Notes: a model not told the origin generated them from the letters alone. 64,000 nt of DNA from Leidyana gryllorum EB-2025a (GCA_048772705.1 JBLWGC010000174.1:14534-78533); one strand, 5' to 3'; counted from the first letter of the stretch, positions 20,719 to 32,118 are shown. Numbers and translations: made by a program.

Positions 20719-20790
20719 GCCTTCTTAGCTTAGGGGCAGAGCATTCGCTTAGTAAGCGAAAGGTCGCCGGTTCGATTCCGGCAGAAGGCT
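20719..20790 (+). tRNA. trnT: tRNA-Thr(AGT)
   Basis: intact. Confidence 0.92.
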
Positions 20791-20839
20791 TTGCTCACGA
20801 GAAAATCTATTCTATAACTGTTTCGCTTCTGCGCACACT

Positions 20840-20911
20840 TAGCAGTGCGTCGTCTCGATCGACGGACCTTTCGGTTATGAGCCCAACACTCTTCCACTGA
20901 GCTACAATGCT
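20840..20911 (-). tRNA. trnM: initiator tRNA-Met variant
   Basis: iMet body with mismatches. Confidence 0.7.
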
Positions 20912-21424
20912 CAGTCTGCAACATGGAAGAGGTAGCCGAAATGCGATTCTTGAGATGCTAGTTACCCTCCCTACCCAAGTGGGCTAACGAGGTGGTTGTG
21001 TTGTTTCTGAGGGCAACTTGTCCCGTCGGGTCAACCGACGACCAAGAGGGCTGTTCTGGGAATCGAACCAGGACTACTTCCACCCTGAGGAAGGATCATA
21101 CCACTAGACCAAACAGCCGACTGGTCGGTGGTTCAAACCGCTGGGTACAGTCGAGAGACTCGTATCACTATGTGAAGTATCACTCAATGCCATGAGGTAG
21201 TCGAGAGACTCGTATCACTATGTGAAGTACCACTCAATGCCATGAGGTAGTCATAGAGGGAGGCTGGCCCAGATGATGAAACGGTGGCTTAGTATACGAA
21301 AGGTTCTGGGATCGATTGCCAGCCCATCCGAACTACATAGATGGAACTCTCGCGGGAGTAGTCTAGTTGGCCTATCAACGCTGTCCATCAGGTTGAGTAG
21401 TAGTTTGCCGATGACCCCTCTACT

Positions 21425-21504
21425 TCCGGTGGGACGGAATCGAACCGCCTACTATCTGATGCCAGCACAACAGTCAGATGCTCTACCAACTGAGCTACCC
21501 CCGG
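21425..21504 (-). tRNA. intron-containing tRNA-Tyr body with GTT anticodon
   Basis: CT-GTT-G[TGCTGGC]A. Confidence 0.75.
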
Positions 21505-22240
21505 CCGTCCAACTGCCCCGGGGTTCGAAAGGCTCAACCCCAGATCCTCGCCCTTTGGACTGCGGCCTTAACACAGCGCCTTAGACCACTCGGCCATCTT
21601 GCCGGAGTGCTCTTGGCTCGCCGCTTTACACGTTTTCTGATCGTGAGTCAAAATAGAAAGACTTCTGGGATTGGAGGCCGGCGTGTATGTCCGCCTGTCA
21701 GGCGGAAGACCAGGGTTCGTTTCCCGGTCTCGGGGCACAGTTGATTTCGCTTAGGATTGTTTCCTTTGATTCTCGAGATAGTATAGCGGTTAGTATTTCC
21801 GCCTGTCACGCGGAAGATCCGGGTTCGATTCCCGGCTTCGGAGATAGATCGTCTTCCGCTGTAGATTTCGTGATGCTCACCTGAACGATGCGTGTTACAG
21901 CCACCGAGGATGGAACTCGGGACCTTTTGGGTGCTAAACAGACGTCGTGACCACTAGATGGCTGCACGGAGCTTCCCGACTGCGAAAGGGGCGTGTGTCT
22001 CTGGAACCACGTATCCGATGAGCCTGGTTTTTATGTATCGGCCTAAGTTGGACGGCCTGGACTAGTCAAGACCCTTCGCTTTGTATTCAGGAATGGAGAT
22101 GTCACGCATCTGTGGTTTAGTGGTAGACTGTGTGGTTGCCACCGAGACGACCCAGGTTCGATTCCCGGCAGATGCAGAGAAGATGGCACATGGTTGAGTT
22201 TCATGCGTGAGTTGGTGTTTGACCCTCCGGTCACATCGCA

Positions 22241-22322
22241 CGACAACTGCTGGATTTGAACCAGCGCGGGCCAGGCCCAGTAGATTTCTAGTCTACCCCC
22301 TTAACCACTCGGTCAAGTTGCC
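22241..22322 (-). tRNA. trnS: tRNA-Ser(AGA)
   Basis: Ser body. Confidence 0.82.
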
Positions 22323-22612
22323 GCTGTCGAACTTGGCATTTTGCGGCCACTGGCTTCACATACGGTTCCGCGGCTTTACTGGGACTGCTCGCGCCGCCCA
22401 AACCCGCGGATCTCCCTTCAAAAGTCTTGCGGTCTACTGACGGAGTTGGGGCGGCAAGGAAGCTCGCCCCGTACCCGAGGAAGGCCCAAGATTCCACGAT
22501 CAATACAAATGGAATTGGTTACTAAGTCCGAATCTGTATCAGAGATCACGCCGACATACCATGTTTTCCAAGACGGTACGGCTCTCGGCCGAAGCCCCAA
22601 CTCAACCACTCG

Positions 22613-22685
22613 TCCACTGTAGTCTAAGTGGCTAGGATATGCGGCTCTCACCCGCATGAACCGGGTTCAAGTCCCGGCAGTGGAA
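22613..22685 (+). tRNA. trnE: tRNA-Glu(CTC)
   Basis: Glu body. Confidence 0.88.
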
Positions 22686-22982
22686 GTCATTGAACTACTC
22701 TAGCAAAGTGCTCCACTAATCTCCGTCAATAGCGATTGTTTCGTCATCTCCGGCTTCCATTGCCTTCTTAGTTTAGGGGCAGAGCGTTCGCTTCGTAAGC
22801 GAGAAGTCGCCGGTTCGATTCCGGCTGAAGGCTCGACTGCATCGACTGGGCACCGGCAAGCTGCTCGCAAACTCCAATAATCGTAGCTCAGCCATCAAAG
22901 GTAAGTCTCTCACAGGAAACGGGTAACACTTCGTCCGAAAATGCGGGCGGATGATCGCAACCATATTTAGGCTAATGACTGA

Positions 22983-23054
22983 AGCCTCCTGCCGGAATCG
23001 AACCAGCGACCTTTCGCTTACAAAGCGAATGCTCTGCCCCTAAGCTAAGGAGGC
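22983..23054 (-). tRNA. trnT: tRNA-Thr(TGT)
   Basis: intact. Confidence 0.9.
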
Positions 23055-23118
23055 ATTCCCTGTCTCGACCCATATGAGTTTTTGATGCTGGGAATTGCAT
23101 CATTTCCACCACATCGCA

Positions 23119-23200
23119 CGACAACTGCTGGATTTGAACCAAAGCGGGCCAGGCCCAGTAGATTTCTAGTCTACCCCCTCAACCACTCGGGCAAGTTGCC
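23119..23200 (-). tRNA. trnS: tRNA-Ser(AGA) variant
   Basis: Ser body. Confidence 0.78.
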
Positions 23201-23726
23201 GCTATCGAGCTTGGCATTTTGCAGCCAGTGGCTTCACATACGGTTCAGCACTGCTCGCGCCGGCACGGACCCGCGGTTCTCCCATCAAACGTCTTGCCGC
23301 CACCGACGGAGTTGGGGCGGCAAGGAACCTCGCGCCGGCACGAACCCGTGGTTCTCCCATCAAACGTCTTGCGCGCCACCGACGGAGTTGGGGCGGCAAG
23401 GAAGCTCACTCTGTACCTGGGGAAGGCCCAAGATCCCACGATCAATACAAATGGAATTGGATACTAAGTCCAAATCTGTATCAGAGATCCACTCACTTGA
23501 TCACGCCGACATTCCATATTTTCCAAGACGGTACGGCTCTCGGTCGAAGCCCCAACTCAACCACTCGTCCACTGTAGTCTAAGTGGCTAGGATATGCGGC
23601 CTCACCCGCAAGCTCCGGGCTCAAGTCCGGCAGTGGAAGTCAGTGGTTGAGGTCAGTGGAATACTCGAGCAAAGTGCCCAGCAATCTCCGTCAATAGTGT
23701 CTGATTCGTGATCTTCGGCCTGCATT

Positions 23727-23798
23727 GCCTTCTTAGCTTAGAGGCAGAGCATTCGCTTAGTAAGCGAAAGGTCGCCGGTTCGATTCCGGCAGGAGGCT
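23727..23798 (+). tRNA. trnT: tRNA-Thr(AGT) with Thr(TGT)-type 3' end and flank
   Basis: ends ...GGCAGGAGGCT. Confidence 0.78.
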
Positions 23799-24102
23799 TC
23801 AGTCAGGAGCCCAAACATGGTTGCGATCTCCGCCCGCATTTTCGGACGGCGGCTTGCAGACAGCACTCGACCATCTCGCCGAAGTGTTGTTGGCTCGCCG
23901 TTCCACCCGTTTCCCCTCCGTGTAATCTCAAAATGCGAGGACTTCTGGGGTTGGAGGCCGGCGTGTTTACTAGCGTCCGAGATAGTATAGTGGTCAGTAT
24001 TTCCGCCTGTCACGCTGAAAACCCGGGTTCGATTCCCGGTCTCTGAGCACAGTTGGTTTCGCTTAAGATTGTCTTTTTTGGTGCGTGCTGAAAGTTGCCA
24101 GC

Positions 24103-24175
24103 TACAGCCACCGAGGATCGAACTCGGGACCTTCTGCGTGTAAAGCAGACGTCGTAACCACTAGACCATGGCTGC
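24103..24175 (-). tRNA. trnV: tRNA-Val(TAC)
   Basis: TTTACAC loop. Confidence 0.88.
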
Positions 24176-24501
24176 ATGGATGCTCCCCGCAGCCCAAGAG
24201 AAGTGGCGAAGCTTCAGGGAGTAGTGAGGACCAGTTCAAGGGTCGGGCCGGGATCGACCCCAGGTCGGGAAATCCAAAGTGTCCAGTGCTAACCACCAAG
24301 GACGCAATCGGTTCAGCCCATCCCAGAACAGTCGGACTAGCGCTCCCTCAACTGGAACACATGCAACACGGGTCTCTCTACTAACCTCTGAAGTATTGTA
24401 ACTGGCTTTTGTATACAGCCCCCAGCGTAAAGCGTTGGATTTGAGTCGGCCAAAATCCTCAGTTCAATCATTGAAGCAGATGCGCTCTCCCCGAATGCTA
24501 C

Positions 24502-24583
24502 CGACAAGGGTGAGATTCGAACTCACGCGGGTAGAACCCAACGGCTTAGCAGGCCGCCGCCTTAACCACTCGGCCACCTTGCC
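24502..24583 (-). tRNA. trnS: tRNA-Ser(GCT)
   Basis: intact. Confidence 0.9.
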
Positions 24584-24691
24584 GACGACATGTCTTACTC
24601 GCTGGCACTTTTTCACAACGGTTTGGGGGAGGTTATGAGATCGAAGACTTCTTTCACCCCACGAGTATCGAGATGACCGAAACCTCTCCAT

Positions 24692-24764
24692 GGTGCGGTG
24701 GCCTACTGGATAAGGCATCGGTCTTCGGAGCCGGGAGTTGTGGGTCAGAGGCCCATCCGCATCA
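24692..24764 (+). pseudogene. tRNA-Arg(TCG), degenerate T-loop
   Basis: CTTCGGA loop. Confidence 0.72.
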
Positions 24765-24942
24765 TAGCCTCTCACTCGGAAGACGTTCCGTTTCAACCGG
24801 GGCAAGCTTGCTAGCTGTATGAGAGCCGCTGCCCCTCATGTCGAGTTGAAGTGCGGTGCCCAAGTCTATTCAAGGGCTACAGGGCACCCTTAAAGCTCTC
24901 AACTCTGTAGTCAAATACCGCCAGTTGCAGCACTACAAAGTT

Positions 24943-25015
24943 TGGACGACCTGGGTATCGATCCCAGTACCTCTCGCATGCAAAGCGAGCGCTCTACCAT
25001 CTGAGCTAGCCGCCC
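24943..25015 (-). tRNA. trnA: tRNA-Ala(TGC)
   Basis: intact. Confidence 0.92.
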
Positions 25016-25246
25016 ATCCGCTCTACATGGAAGACCTATTGCATCCAGTGGCTGACCGAGCCGATACAACGGCTGACAAAAGTGGGATTCGAACCCACGA
25101 CCTTTCGGAGTCCGGTCTGAGCACAGCGCCTCAGACCACTCGGTCATCTTGCCGGGATGTTGTTGGCTCGCCGCTTTACGCGTTTTCTATCCCTGGAATC
25201 TCAAGATGAAGGACTTTTGGGGTTTCAGGCCGGTGTGTTCGGAGCG

Positions 25247-25318
25247 TCCGAGATAGTATAGTGGTTAGTATTTCCGCCTGTCACGCGGAAGACCCGGGTT
25301 CGATTCCCGGTCTCGGAG
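25247..25318 (+). tRNA. trnD: tRNA-Asp(GTC)
   Basis: intact. Confidence 0.92.
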
Positions 25319-25445
25319 CACAGTTGATCTCGCTTAAGAATCATACCACTAGACCAAACAGCCGCCTGTCGGTCGTGCAACGCGGTGTCGGGAGAGTGGT
25401 CATACGATGTTGAGAATCAACAAAATGCGACGGGGTCTGCACAAA

Positions 25446-25518
25446 GGGCGACTAGCTCAAATGGTAGAGCGCTCGCTTAGCATGCGAGAGGTACTGGGAT
25501 CGATGCCCAGGTCGTCCA
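25446..25518 (+). tRNA. trnA: tRNA-Ala(AGC)
   Basis: intact. Confidence 0.92.
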
Positions 25519-25991
25519 AAGTACGTACAGCTGCACGTGGCGGGATCCAAACAAACTTCCATCTTTGAAGGGTCGCAGACCACAAGTGCCATTGGGGGAG
25601 CAGCGCAGTCAATGTTTAGGGTGCCTCTAAAACCGGTCCTGGCAGGTTTCGAACCGGCGGGTTTGTGGTTAACAGCCACACGCTCTGCCGACCGAGCTAC
25701 AAGACCCAGCGACAATGTTTCAGAGGTTAATATAGGAACCCTCCTCTTGCTGGCGCAGGATTCTGCAACCCCTTTTGGTCAGGAATGTTGGTTTAACATC
25801 TTCCAGTGTTTCATCTCAACTTCAGGGCACGCGCGAAGTTGAATCACGGACTTGCTGATCTGCAGTCCAATGCTCTACCACTGAGTTACGTACCCACGAG
25901 GCGCCTCTCATACTCGCTCAACTTGACCCTGTCTTCTCATTCAAAGCAAAACGGCCGTTATTGTGTACGAGCTCCAACAACAAGGTGTTAC

Positions 25992-26062
25992 GCATCTGTG
26001 GTCTAGTGGTAGAATGTCTCGTTGCCATCGAGACGACCCGGGTTCGATTCCCGGCAGATGCA
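25992..26062 (+). tRNA. trnG: tRNA-Gly(GCC)
   Basis: intact. Confidence 0.92.
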
Positions 26063-26443
26063 GAGGAGATAGCACATGGTTGAGTTTTATGCGTGAGTTG
26101 GTGTTTGACCCCTCCGATCACATCGCACGACAACTGCTGGATTTGAACCAGCCCGGGTCAGGCCCAGTAGATTTCTAGTCTACCCCCTTAAACACTCGGG
26201 CAAGTTGCCACCTGTCGAACTCGGCATTTAGCGGCAGTGGCTTCACATACGCTTCAGCAAGCTTGACTTGGACTGGTCGCGCTGCCCGAACCCGCGGTCT
26301 CTCCATTGAAAGTCTTGCACTTTACCGACGGAGCTGGCGCGGCAAGGGAGTGCGGACTTGGTAACAAGTTCCTTCCGTATTGGTCGCAGAATGCTGGGGC
26401 TTGCTCGAGCCCAGGGCGACTCTTTATCAGAGATCCACTCACT

Positions 26444-26517
26444 TGGTCACGCCCGGGCTCGAACCGGGGACCTTGAGCTTATTAGGCTCACGCTCTAACC
26501 GACTGAGCTACGCGACC
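26444..26517 (-). tRNA. trnI: tRNA-Ile(AAT)
   Basis: intact. Confidence 0.92.
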
Positions 26518-26706
26518 ACTTCTGCGACGACAGATGGCACCGACCCGGATGCTGGATCCCCCCGAGCTGGAATCAAACATCAGAGCCCTTTAGACACTGG
26601 CGGACAGCACCCAATTTTCTAAGCTGGAGTCAGACGCGCTACGTTCCGCCATAGGCCCAAAATCAAAATCCCCGAGGTCCAACACCGATCGTTCCACACC
26701 ATCTTC

Positions 26707-26778
26707 AGGGCACGCGCGGAGTTGAACCACGGACTTGCTGATCTGCAGTCAGCTGCTCTACCACTGAGCTACGTACCC
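26707..26778 (-). tRNA. trnC: tRNA-Cys(GCA)
   Basis: intact. Confidence 0.9.
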
Positions 26779-27088
26779 ACAAAATACCCGTCATACTCGC
26801 TCAACTCGATTTTGTTTCTCATTTGAAGCAAAACGGCCGTTATTGTGCACGAGCTTGAACAACAACGAGTGATGCATCTGCGGTCTAGTGGTAGAATGTC
26901 TCATTGCCATCGAGACGACCCGCGTTCGATTCCCGACAGACGCAGGAGGCACGCCTCAAACCGCCGTGGCACATTAGCAGAGACGCTGACAAGCTTGGTC
27001 GGCACGAGGCCGGGGCATTCTGACACTTGATGTAACAACCCTCTGAGATAGAATCGAATGTGAGTTACGCGGTGGAACGGCGGTGATC

Positions 27089-27162
27089 GCTCCCCTAGCT
27101 CAGCTGGTTAGAGCATCGGCCTTATGTGCCGAAGGTCGAGGGTTCGATCCCCCCGGGGAGCA
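27089..27162 (+). tRNA. trnI: tRNA-Ile(TAT)
   Basis: GCTCCCC/GGGGAGC acceptor. Confidence 0.85.
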
Positions 27163-27910
27163 AATCAACCCAATGACAGCCGAACGCGACCGCCGAGTAC
27201 TCCAGCATTTGACACCTGTGAGTGCCCTAGGCAGGCAGGCCGACCAGGAGGCTGTTTGGTCTGAAGGTATGATTTTTCCTCGCTTAAAAGGACATTGCAA
27301 CTGGGTCTTGTAGCTCAGTCGGCAGAGTCTACCCCCTAACCACTCGGGCAAGTTGCCACCTGTCCAACTGGGCATCTTGCGCCCAGTGCCGTCACATACG
27401 GTTCAGCAAGCTCGACTCGGACTTCTCGCGCTGCCCGAACCTGCGGTCTCCCATCAAAAGTCTTGCGCTCTATCGACGGACTTGGGGCGGCGACGAAGCT
27501 CGGACTTAGTAACAAATTCCATTCGTATTGATCGTTGGATCTTGGGCCTTCCTCGGGTACAGGGCGAAGCTGTATCAGAGATGCACTCACTTGGTCACGC
27601 ACGGGCTCCAACCGCGGGCTCAGAACTCATTAGGCTCACGCTCTGGCCGCCTGAAATACGCGACCGCTTCAGAGTTGAGGTGAACAGTCACTAGCCAAAG
27701 GAGCTGACTGATGTGTTCAGCAAAACCCCATGACTGGGATTGAAGCGACCGCTCAGACCTTCGTCCACCCCACCAAACAGTCATTCCAGAGCCAAATACT
27801 GACATCGAGAAGGGGGTGTACCTACACCACTAACAGTCCCGCACGGGAATCCCGACCGAAGGTGCGCTGGTCCGGATGGCTGTACCGACTGTTTTAGGAT
27901 GGGCTGAATC

Positions 27911-27982
27911 GGTTGCGTGGTGTAGTGGTTAGCACTGGAGACTTTGAATCTCCCGACCTGGGTTCGATTCCCGGCGCGACCT
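27911..27982 (+). tRNA. trnQ: tRNA-Gln(TTG)
   Basis: CTTTGAA loop, intact. Confidence 0.92.
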
Positions 27983-28044
27983 TGGAACTGGTCCTCACTA
28001 CTTCGTGAAACTTCGCCATCCCTTGGGCTGCGGGGACCATCCGT

Positions 28045-28117
28045 GCAGCCATGGTCTAGCGGTTACGACGTCTGCTTCACACGCAGAAGGTCCCGAGTTC
28101 GATCCTCGGTGGCTGTA
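28045..28117 (+). tRNA. trnV: tRNA-Val(CAC)
   Basis: intact. Confidence 0.9.
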
Positions 28118-28661
28118 GCTTGCAACTTTCAGCGGCAACCAAAGGAGACAATCTCCGAAACCGGGCATCGAACCCGGATCTGCCGCGTGACAGGCAGAAG
28201 TGCTGACCACTACTTTATCTCGGACGCTCGTCAACGCGCCGGACTTCAACCGCGAAAGTCTTCCTTCTCGAAACTTCACGGACAGAAAACGTGTAAAGTG
28301 GCGAGCCAAGAACACTGCGGCAAGATGGCCGAGTGGTCTAGGGCGCTGTGTTAAAGCCGCAGTCCGAAAGGCCGTTGGTTCGAATCCCCCGCTTGTCAAC
28401 CGTTGTATTGTATTGGCACTCGGTCCCCTCACTTCACTGATAGACAGTCGTTCGAGCAACATACGGCTGGACCTGCCGGGACTCGAACCCGGGTTACGAC
28501 CTTGGAAGGGTCGCATCCTACCCTTGGACCACAAGTGCAATTCCGAAAGATCTGCAGCACCCCGAGAGACTCGGGCAATTTCTGCCTCCAGCTGTCTGCA
28601 ACTCACTCAAAAACGGCCAAAAATGTGAATGTTGTTATTTCAATTTAGTCGAAAAGCCGCG

Positions 28662-28734
28662 GCCCACGTGGCGCAATGGATAGCGCGTTGGACTTCTAAT
28701 CCAAAGGTTGCGAGTTCGAGTCTCGCCGTAGGTA
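28662..28734 (+). tRNA. trnR: tRNA-Arg(TCT)
   Basis: one acceptor mismatch. Confidence 0.85.
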
Positions 28735-29224
28735 GCCAAATGCTCAGCACTTTCCTTCGATGATTTGCCTAACTAGCTGCCTTCGCTGTGGAATGTTGTC
28801 CACTGTAGTCTGAGTGGCTAGGATATGCGGCCTCACCCGCAAGCTCCGGGCTCAAGTCCGGTGGAAGTCAGTGGTTGAAGTCAGTGGAATACTTGAGCAA
28901 AGTGCCCAGCAATCTCCGTCAATAGTGTCAGATTCGTGATCTTCAGCTTGCATTGCCTTCTTAGCCTGTGGCAGAGCATCCGCTTAGTGAGCGAAAGGTC
29001 GCCGGTTCGTTTCCAGCAGAAGACTTGACTGCATCGACTGGGCACCTGCAAAGCTTAAAGTCTCTCAAGCTCCAATCATCGTAGCTGAGCCTCGTAGCTC
29101 AGCCAGCAGAGGGTAAGTCTCGTAGCCACAAAGTCGCAGACTGGAACCTGCCAGTACCTGAGGCACCCACTAGCTCAACGCAAACTGCGGCCGGGTCTCA
29201 GGGTGCTGAAGCTCTTTCTCAAGT

Positions 29225-29295
29225 GCACTTGTGGTCCAAGGGTAGGATGCGAGCTTCCCATGCTCGCAGCCCGGGTTCGAGTCCCGGCAGGTGCA
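29225..29295 (+). tRNA. trnG: tRNA-Gly(CCC)
   Basis: intact. Confidence 0.9.
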
Positions 29296-29378
29296 GCCGA
29301 TCGTACAGACTTGACCGACCATGGCTGCAACGATATTTTCAACATTCCGGGGCGAAGAGCAATGCACTTTAGACTGCT

Positions 29379-29450
29379 TGTCCGAGCCAGGAATCGAGCC
29401 TGGGTTTGCACGGCCACAACGTGCTGTCCTAACCACTAGACGACTCGGAC
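29379..29450 (-). tRNA. trnH: tRNA-His(GTG)
   Basis: identical to 10271 body. Confidence 0.88.
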
Positions 29451-29748
29451 AACCTTTGAGCGAGGCTGTAGATGTAGCGAAGCATCGATCAGGGTGGAAA
29501 GGAACAGGAGTGTCAGACGAACTACGTTGTAAGAAGTCCACTCCTCAACTCCCGGCGGGACGGAATTTGCTCGTCGAATATTTGACGCCACCACTACAAT
29601 CAGATGGGTTGTAATGTAAGCACCCCGGGCCGTGAGAGTACTTCGGGGCGGTACACCGCACCCAGAACGACATCTTCAACCCCAAAAGCCTCCCTTCTCG
29701 AGACTTCAGGAACAGCAAACGTGTAAAGTGGCGAGCCAAGAACACTTC

Positions 29749-29828
29749 GGCAAGATGGCCGAGTGGTCCAAGGCGCTGTGTTAAGGCCGCAGTCCGAAAG
29801 GGCGTGGGTTCGAATCCCACTCTTGTCA
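29749..29828 (+). tRNA. trnL: tRNA-Leu(AAG)
   Basis: intact. Confidence 0.92.
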
Positions 29829-29918
29829 GCCGTTGTATTGTATTGGCACTCAGTCCCCTCACTTCACTGATATACAGGTCGTTCCACCTGCATACAGCTC
29901 GTTCGACCTGCATACAGC

Positions 29919-29989
29919 TGCACCTGCCGGGACTCGAACTCGGGTTACAACCTTGGAAGGGTCGCATCTTACCGTTAGACCACAAGTGC
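29919..29989 (-). tRNA. trnG: tRNA-Gly(TCC) variant
   Basis: Gly body. Confidence 0.75.
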
Positions 29990-30195
29990 AATTGCGAAAG
30001 ATCTGCAGCACCCCGAGAGACTCGGGCAATTTCTACTTCCAGCTGTCTGCAACCTACGGGGATCGAATCGAGCACTTTCAGAGACGAAGGAAACTGATAC
30101 CACTAGCACTTCAACTCGACATGCGGGGCAGCGGCTCCCATACAGCTAGCAAGCTTGCCTCGGTCGAAACGGAACGTCTTCCGAGTGAGAGGCTA

Positions 30196-30268
30196 TGATG
30201 CGGATGGGACTCGAACCCACAACTCCCGGTTCCGAAGACTGATGCCCTATCCATTAGGCCACCGCACC
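30196..30268 (-). tRNA. trnR: tRNA-Arg(TCG)
   Basis: CTTCGGA loop. Confidence 0.82.
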
Positions 30269-30366
30269 ATGGATAGGCTTCGGTCATCTCGATACTGGTT
30301 GGGTGAAAGAGGAGACACCTTGGGCAGCCGGTTCTGTCCCAGTCAAAAGTCGGGTGCGTCTCGGAC

Positions 30367-30439
30367 GCGGTAGTGGCGCAATGGATAGCGCGTTGCCCTC
30401 CTAAGGCAAAGGTTGAAGGTTCGAGTCCCTCTAGCCGTT
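30367..30439 (+). tRNA. trnR: tRNA-Arg(CCT), weak acceptor stem; only copy seen
   Basis: TTGCC-CT-CCT-AA-GGCAA. Confidence 0.7.
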
Positions 30440-30876
30440 TCCTGCGTGCCTTCGTTTGTGCAAAGTGGAGTTGGGAGATTGGTCATACCATGTAAAAAAG
30501 AAATGGATGTACTGGGGTTTGCTAAATGGGCGACTAGCTCAAATGGTAGCTCGCTTCGCTTAGCGTGCGGGAGATACTGGGATCGATGCCCAGGTCGTCC
30601 AAAGTACGTACGGCTGCACGTGCCGGGATCTCACCATCTTTGAAGGGTCGCAGACCACAATTGCCATTGCGAGAGCAGCGCAGTCAGTGTCTAGCGTGCC
30701 TCTGAAAGCGCTCCTGGCAGGTTCCGAGCCTGCGACTTTGCGGTTAACAGCCACACCCTCTGCCGCCTGAGCTACAAGACCCCTTACAATGTTTCAGAGG
30801 TTAGTAGAGAGACCCTCCTCCTCCTACAACAGTTCGCACGGGGTGCTCGAGGGAAGGTGTAATCAGTTACACTCTC

Positions 30877-30958
30877 GGCAAGGTGGCCGAGCGGTTAAGG
30901 CGGCGGCCTGCTAAGCCGTTGGGTTTTACCCGCGTGAATTCGAATCTCACCCTTGTCG
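30877..30958 (+). tRNA. trnS: tRNA-Ser(GCT) variant
   Basis: Ser body. Confidence 0.8.
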
Positions 30959-31508
30959 GTAGCATTCGCGGAGAGCGCAATTGCTTCAATGATTGAAGTG
31001 AGCTTTCTGTCCGACTCAAATCCAACGCTCTACGCTGGGCGCTATATACAGGAGCCAATTAAATTTTCCAGACGTCAGTAGAGAGACCCGTGTTGCGTGT
31101 GTCCAGTTGAGGAAGCGCTAGTCCGATAATTCTACCGACTCAATCCTACCGACTCTTCTGGGATGGGCTCAATCGGTTGCGTGGTGTAGTGGTTAGCACT
31201 GGAGACTCTGAATCTCCCGACATGGGTTAGATTCCCGACGCGACCTTGGAACTGGTCCTCACTGCTCCGTGAAACTTCGCCACTCCTCTTGGGCTGCGGG
31301 GACCATTCATGCAGCCACGGTCTAGTGGTTACGACGTCTGCTTAACACGCAGAAAGTCCGAGGTGAATCCTCGGTGGCTGTAGCTCCCACGGTCTAGTGG
31401 TTACGACGTGTGCTTAACACGCAGAAAGTCCGAGGTGAATCCTCGGTGGTGTAACTCCCAACCTTCAGCGAGAACCAAAGGAGAGAATCTTAAGCGAAAC
31501 CACCTGTG

Positions 31509-31580
31509 CTCCGAGACCGGGAATCGAACCCGGGTCTTCCGCGTGACAGGCGGAAATACTAACCACTATACTATCTCGGA
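31509..31580 (-). tRNA. trnD: tRNA-Asp(GTC)
   Basis: intact. Confidence 0.92.
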
Positions 31581-31881
31581 CGCTCTGAACACGCCGGCCT
31601 CCAATCCCAGAAGTCTTTCTATTTTGGCTCACCGACAAAAAACGCGTGGAGCGATGAACCAACAACACTGTGGCAAGATGGCCGAGTTGTCTAAGGCGCT
31701 GTGCTCAGACCGCAGTCCGAAAGGGCGTGGGTTCGAATCCCACTCTTGTCAGCCGTTGTAGTCAGAATAACGTGCGACTTCTTCCCAGCATGCCCGCACG
31801 ATGGGCGGGACTGCCCGCCGTGCACGTAGCACCCGGCTAACTTTTGTCGATACAACTGACACATGATTCTCCAGATAAGTT

Positions 31882-31953
31882 GCCTTCTTAGCTTAGGGGC
31901 AGAGCGTTCGCTTCGTAAGCGAGAAGTCGCCGGTTCGATTCCGGCAGAAGGCT
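31882..31953 (+). tRNA. trnT: tRNA-Thr(CGT)
   Basis: intact. Confidence 0.92.
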
Positions 31954-32046
31954 TTCCTCACGCATTTAAGCTATTCTGACTGGTCTCTCAGTCTCGATAA
32001 GGATCTGAGAGGTTTGGAGGGGATTTGCAATGCACTTTAGATTGGT

Positions 32047-32118
32047 TGTCCGAGCCAGGAATCGAGCCTGGGTTTGCACGGCCACAACGTGCTGTCCTAA
32101 CCACTAGACGACTCGGAC
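32047..32118 (-). tRNA. trnH: tRNA-His(GTG)
   Basis: intact. Confidence 0.88.

Noticed and set aside
23568-23638. Glu-derived copies whose loop contains 'TCA' (also ~7205, 10848, 28799, 36082, 49436): possible Sec/opal suppressor
   Set aside because: A 1-nt deletion gives a 6-nt loop (CCTCAC) in a Glu body with a damaged T-arm. There is no U33 and no Sec long variable arm or extended stems.
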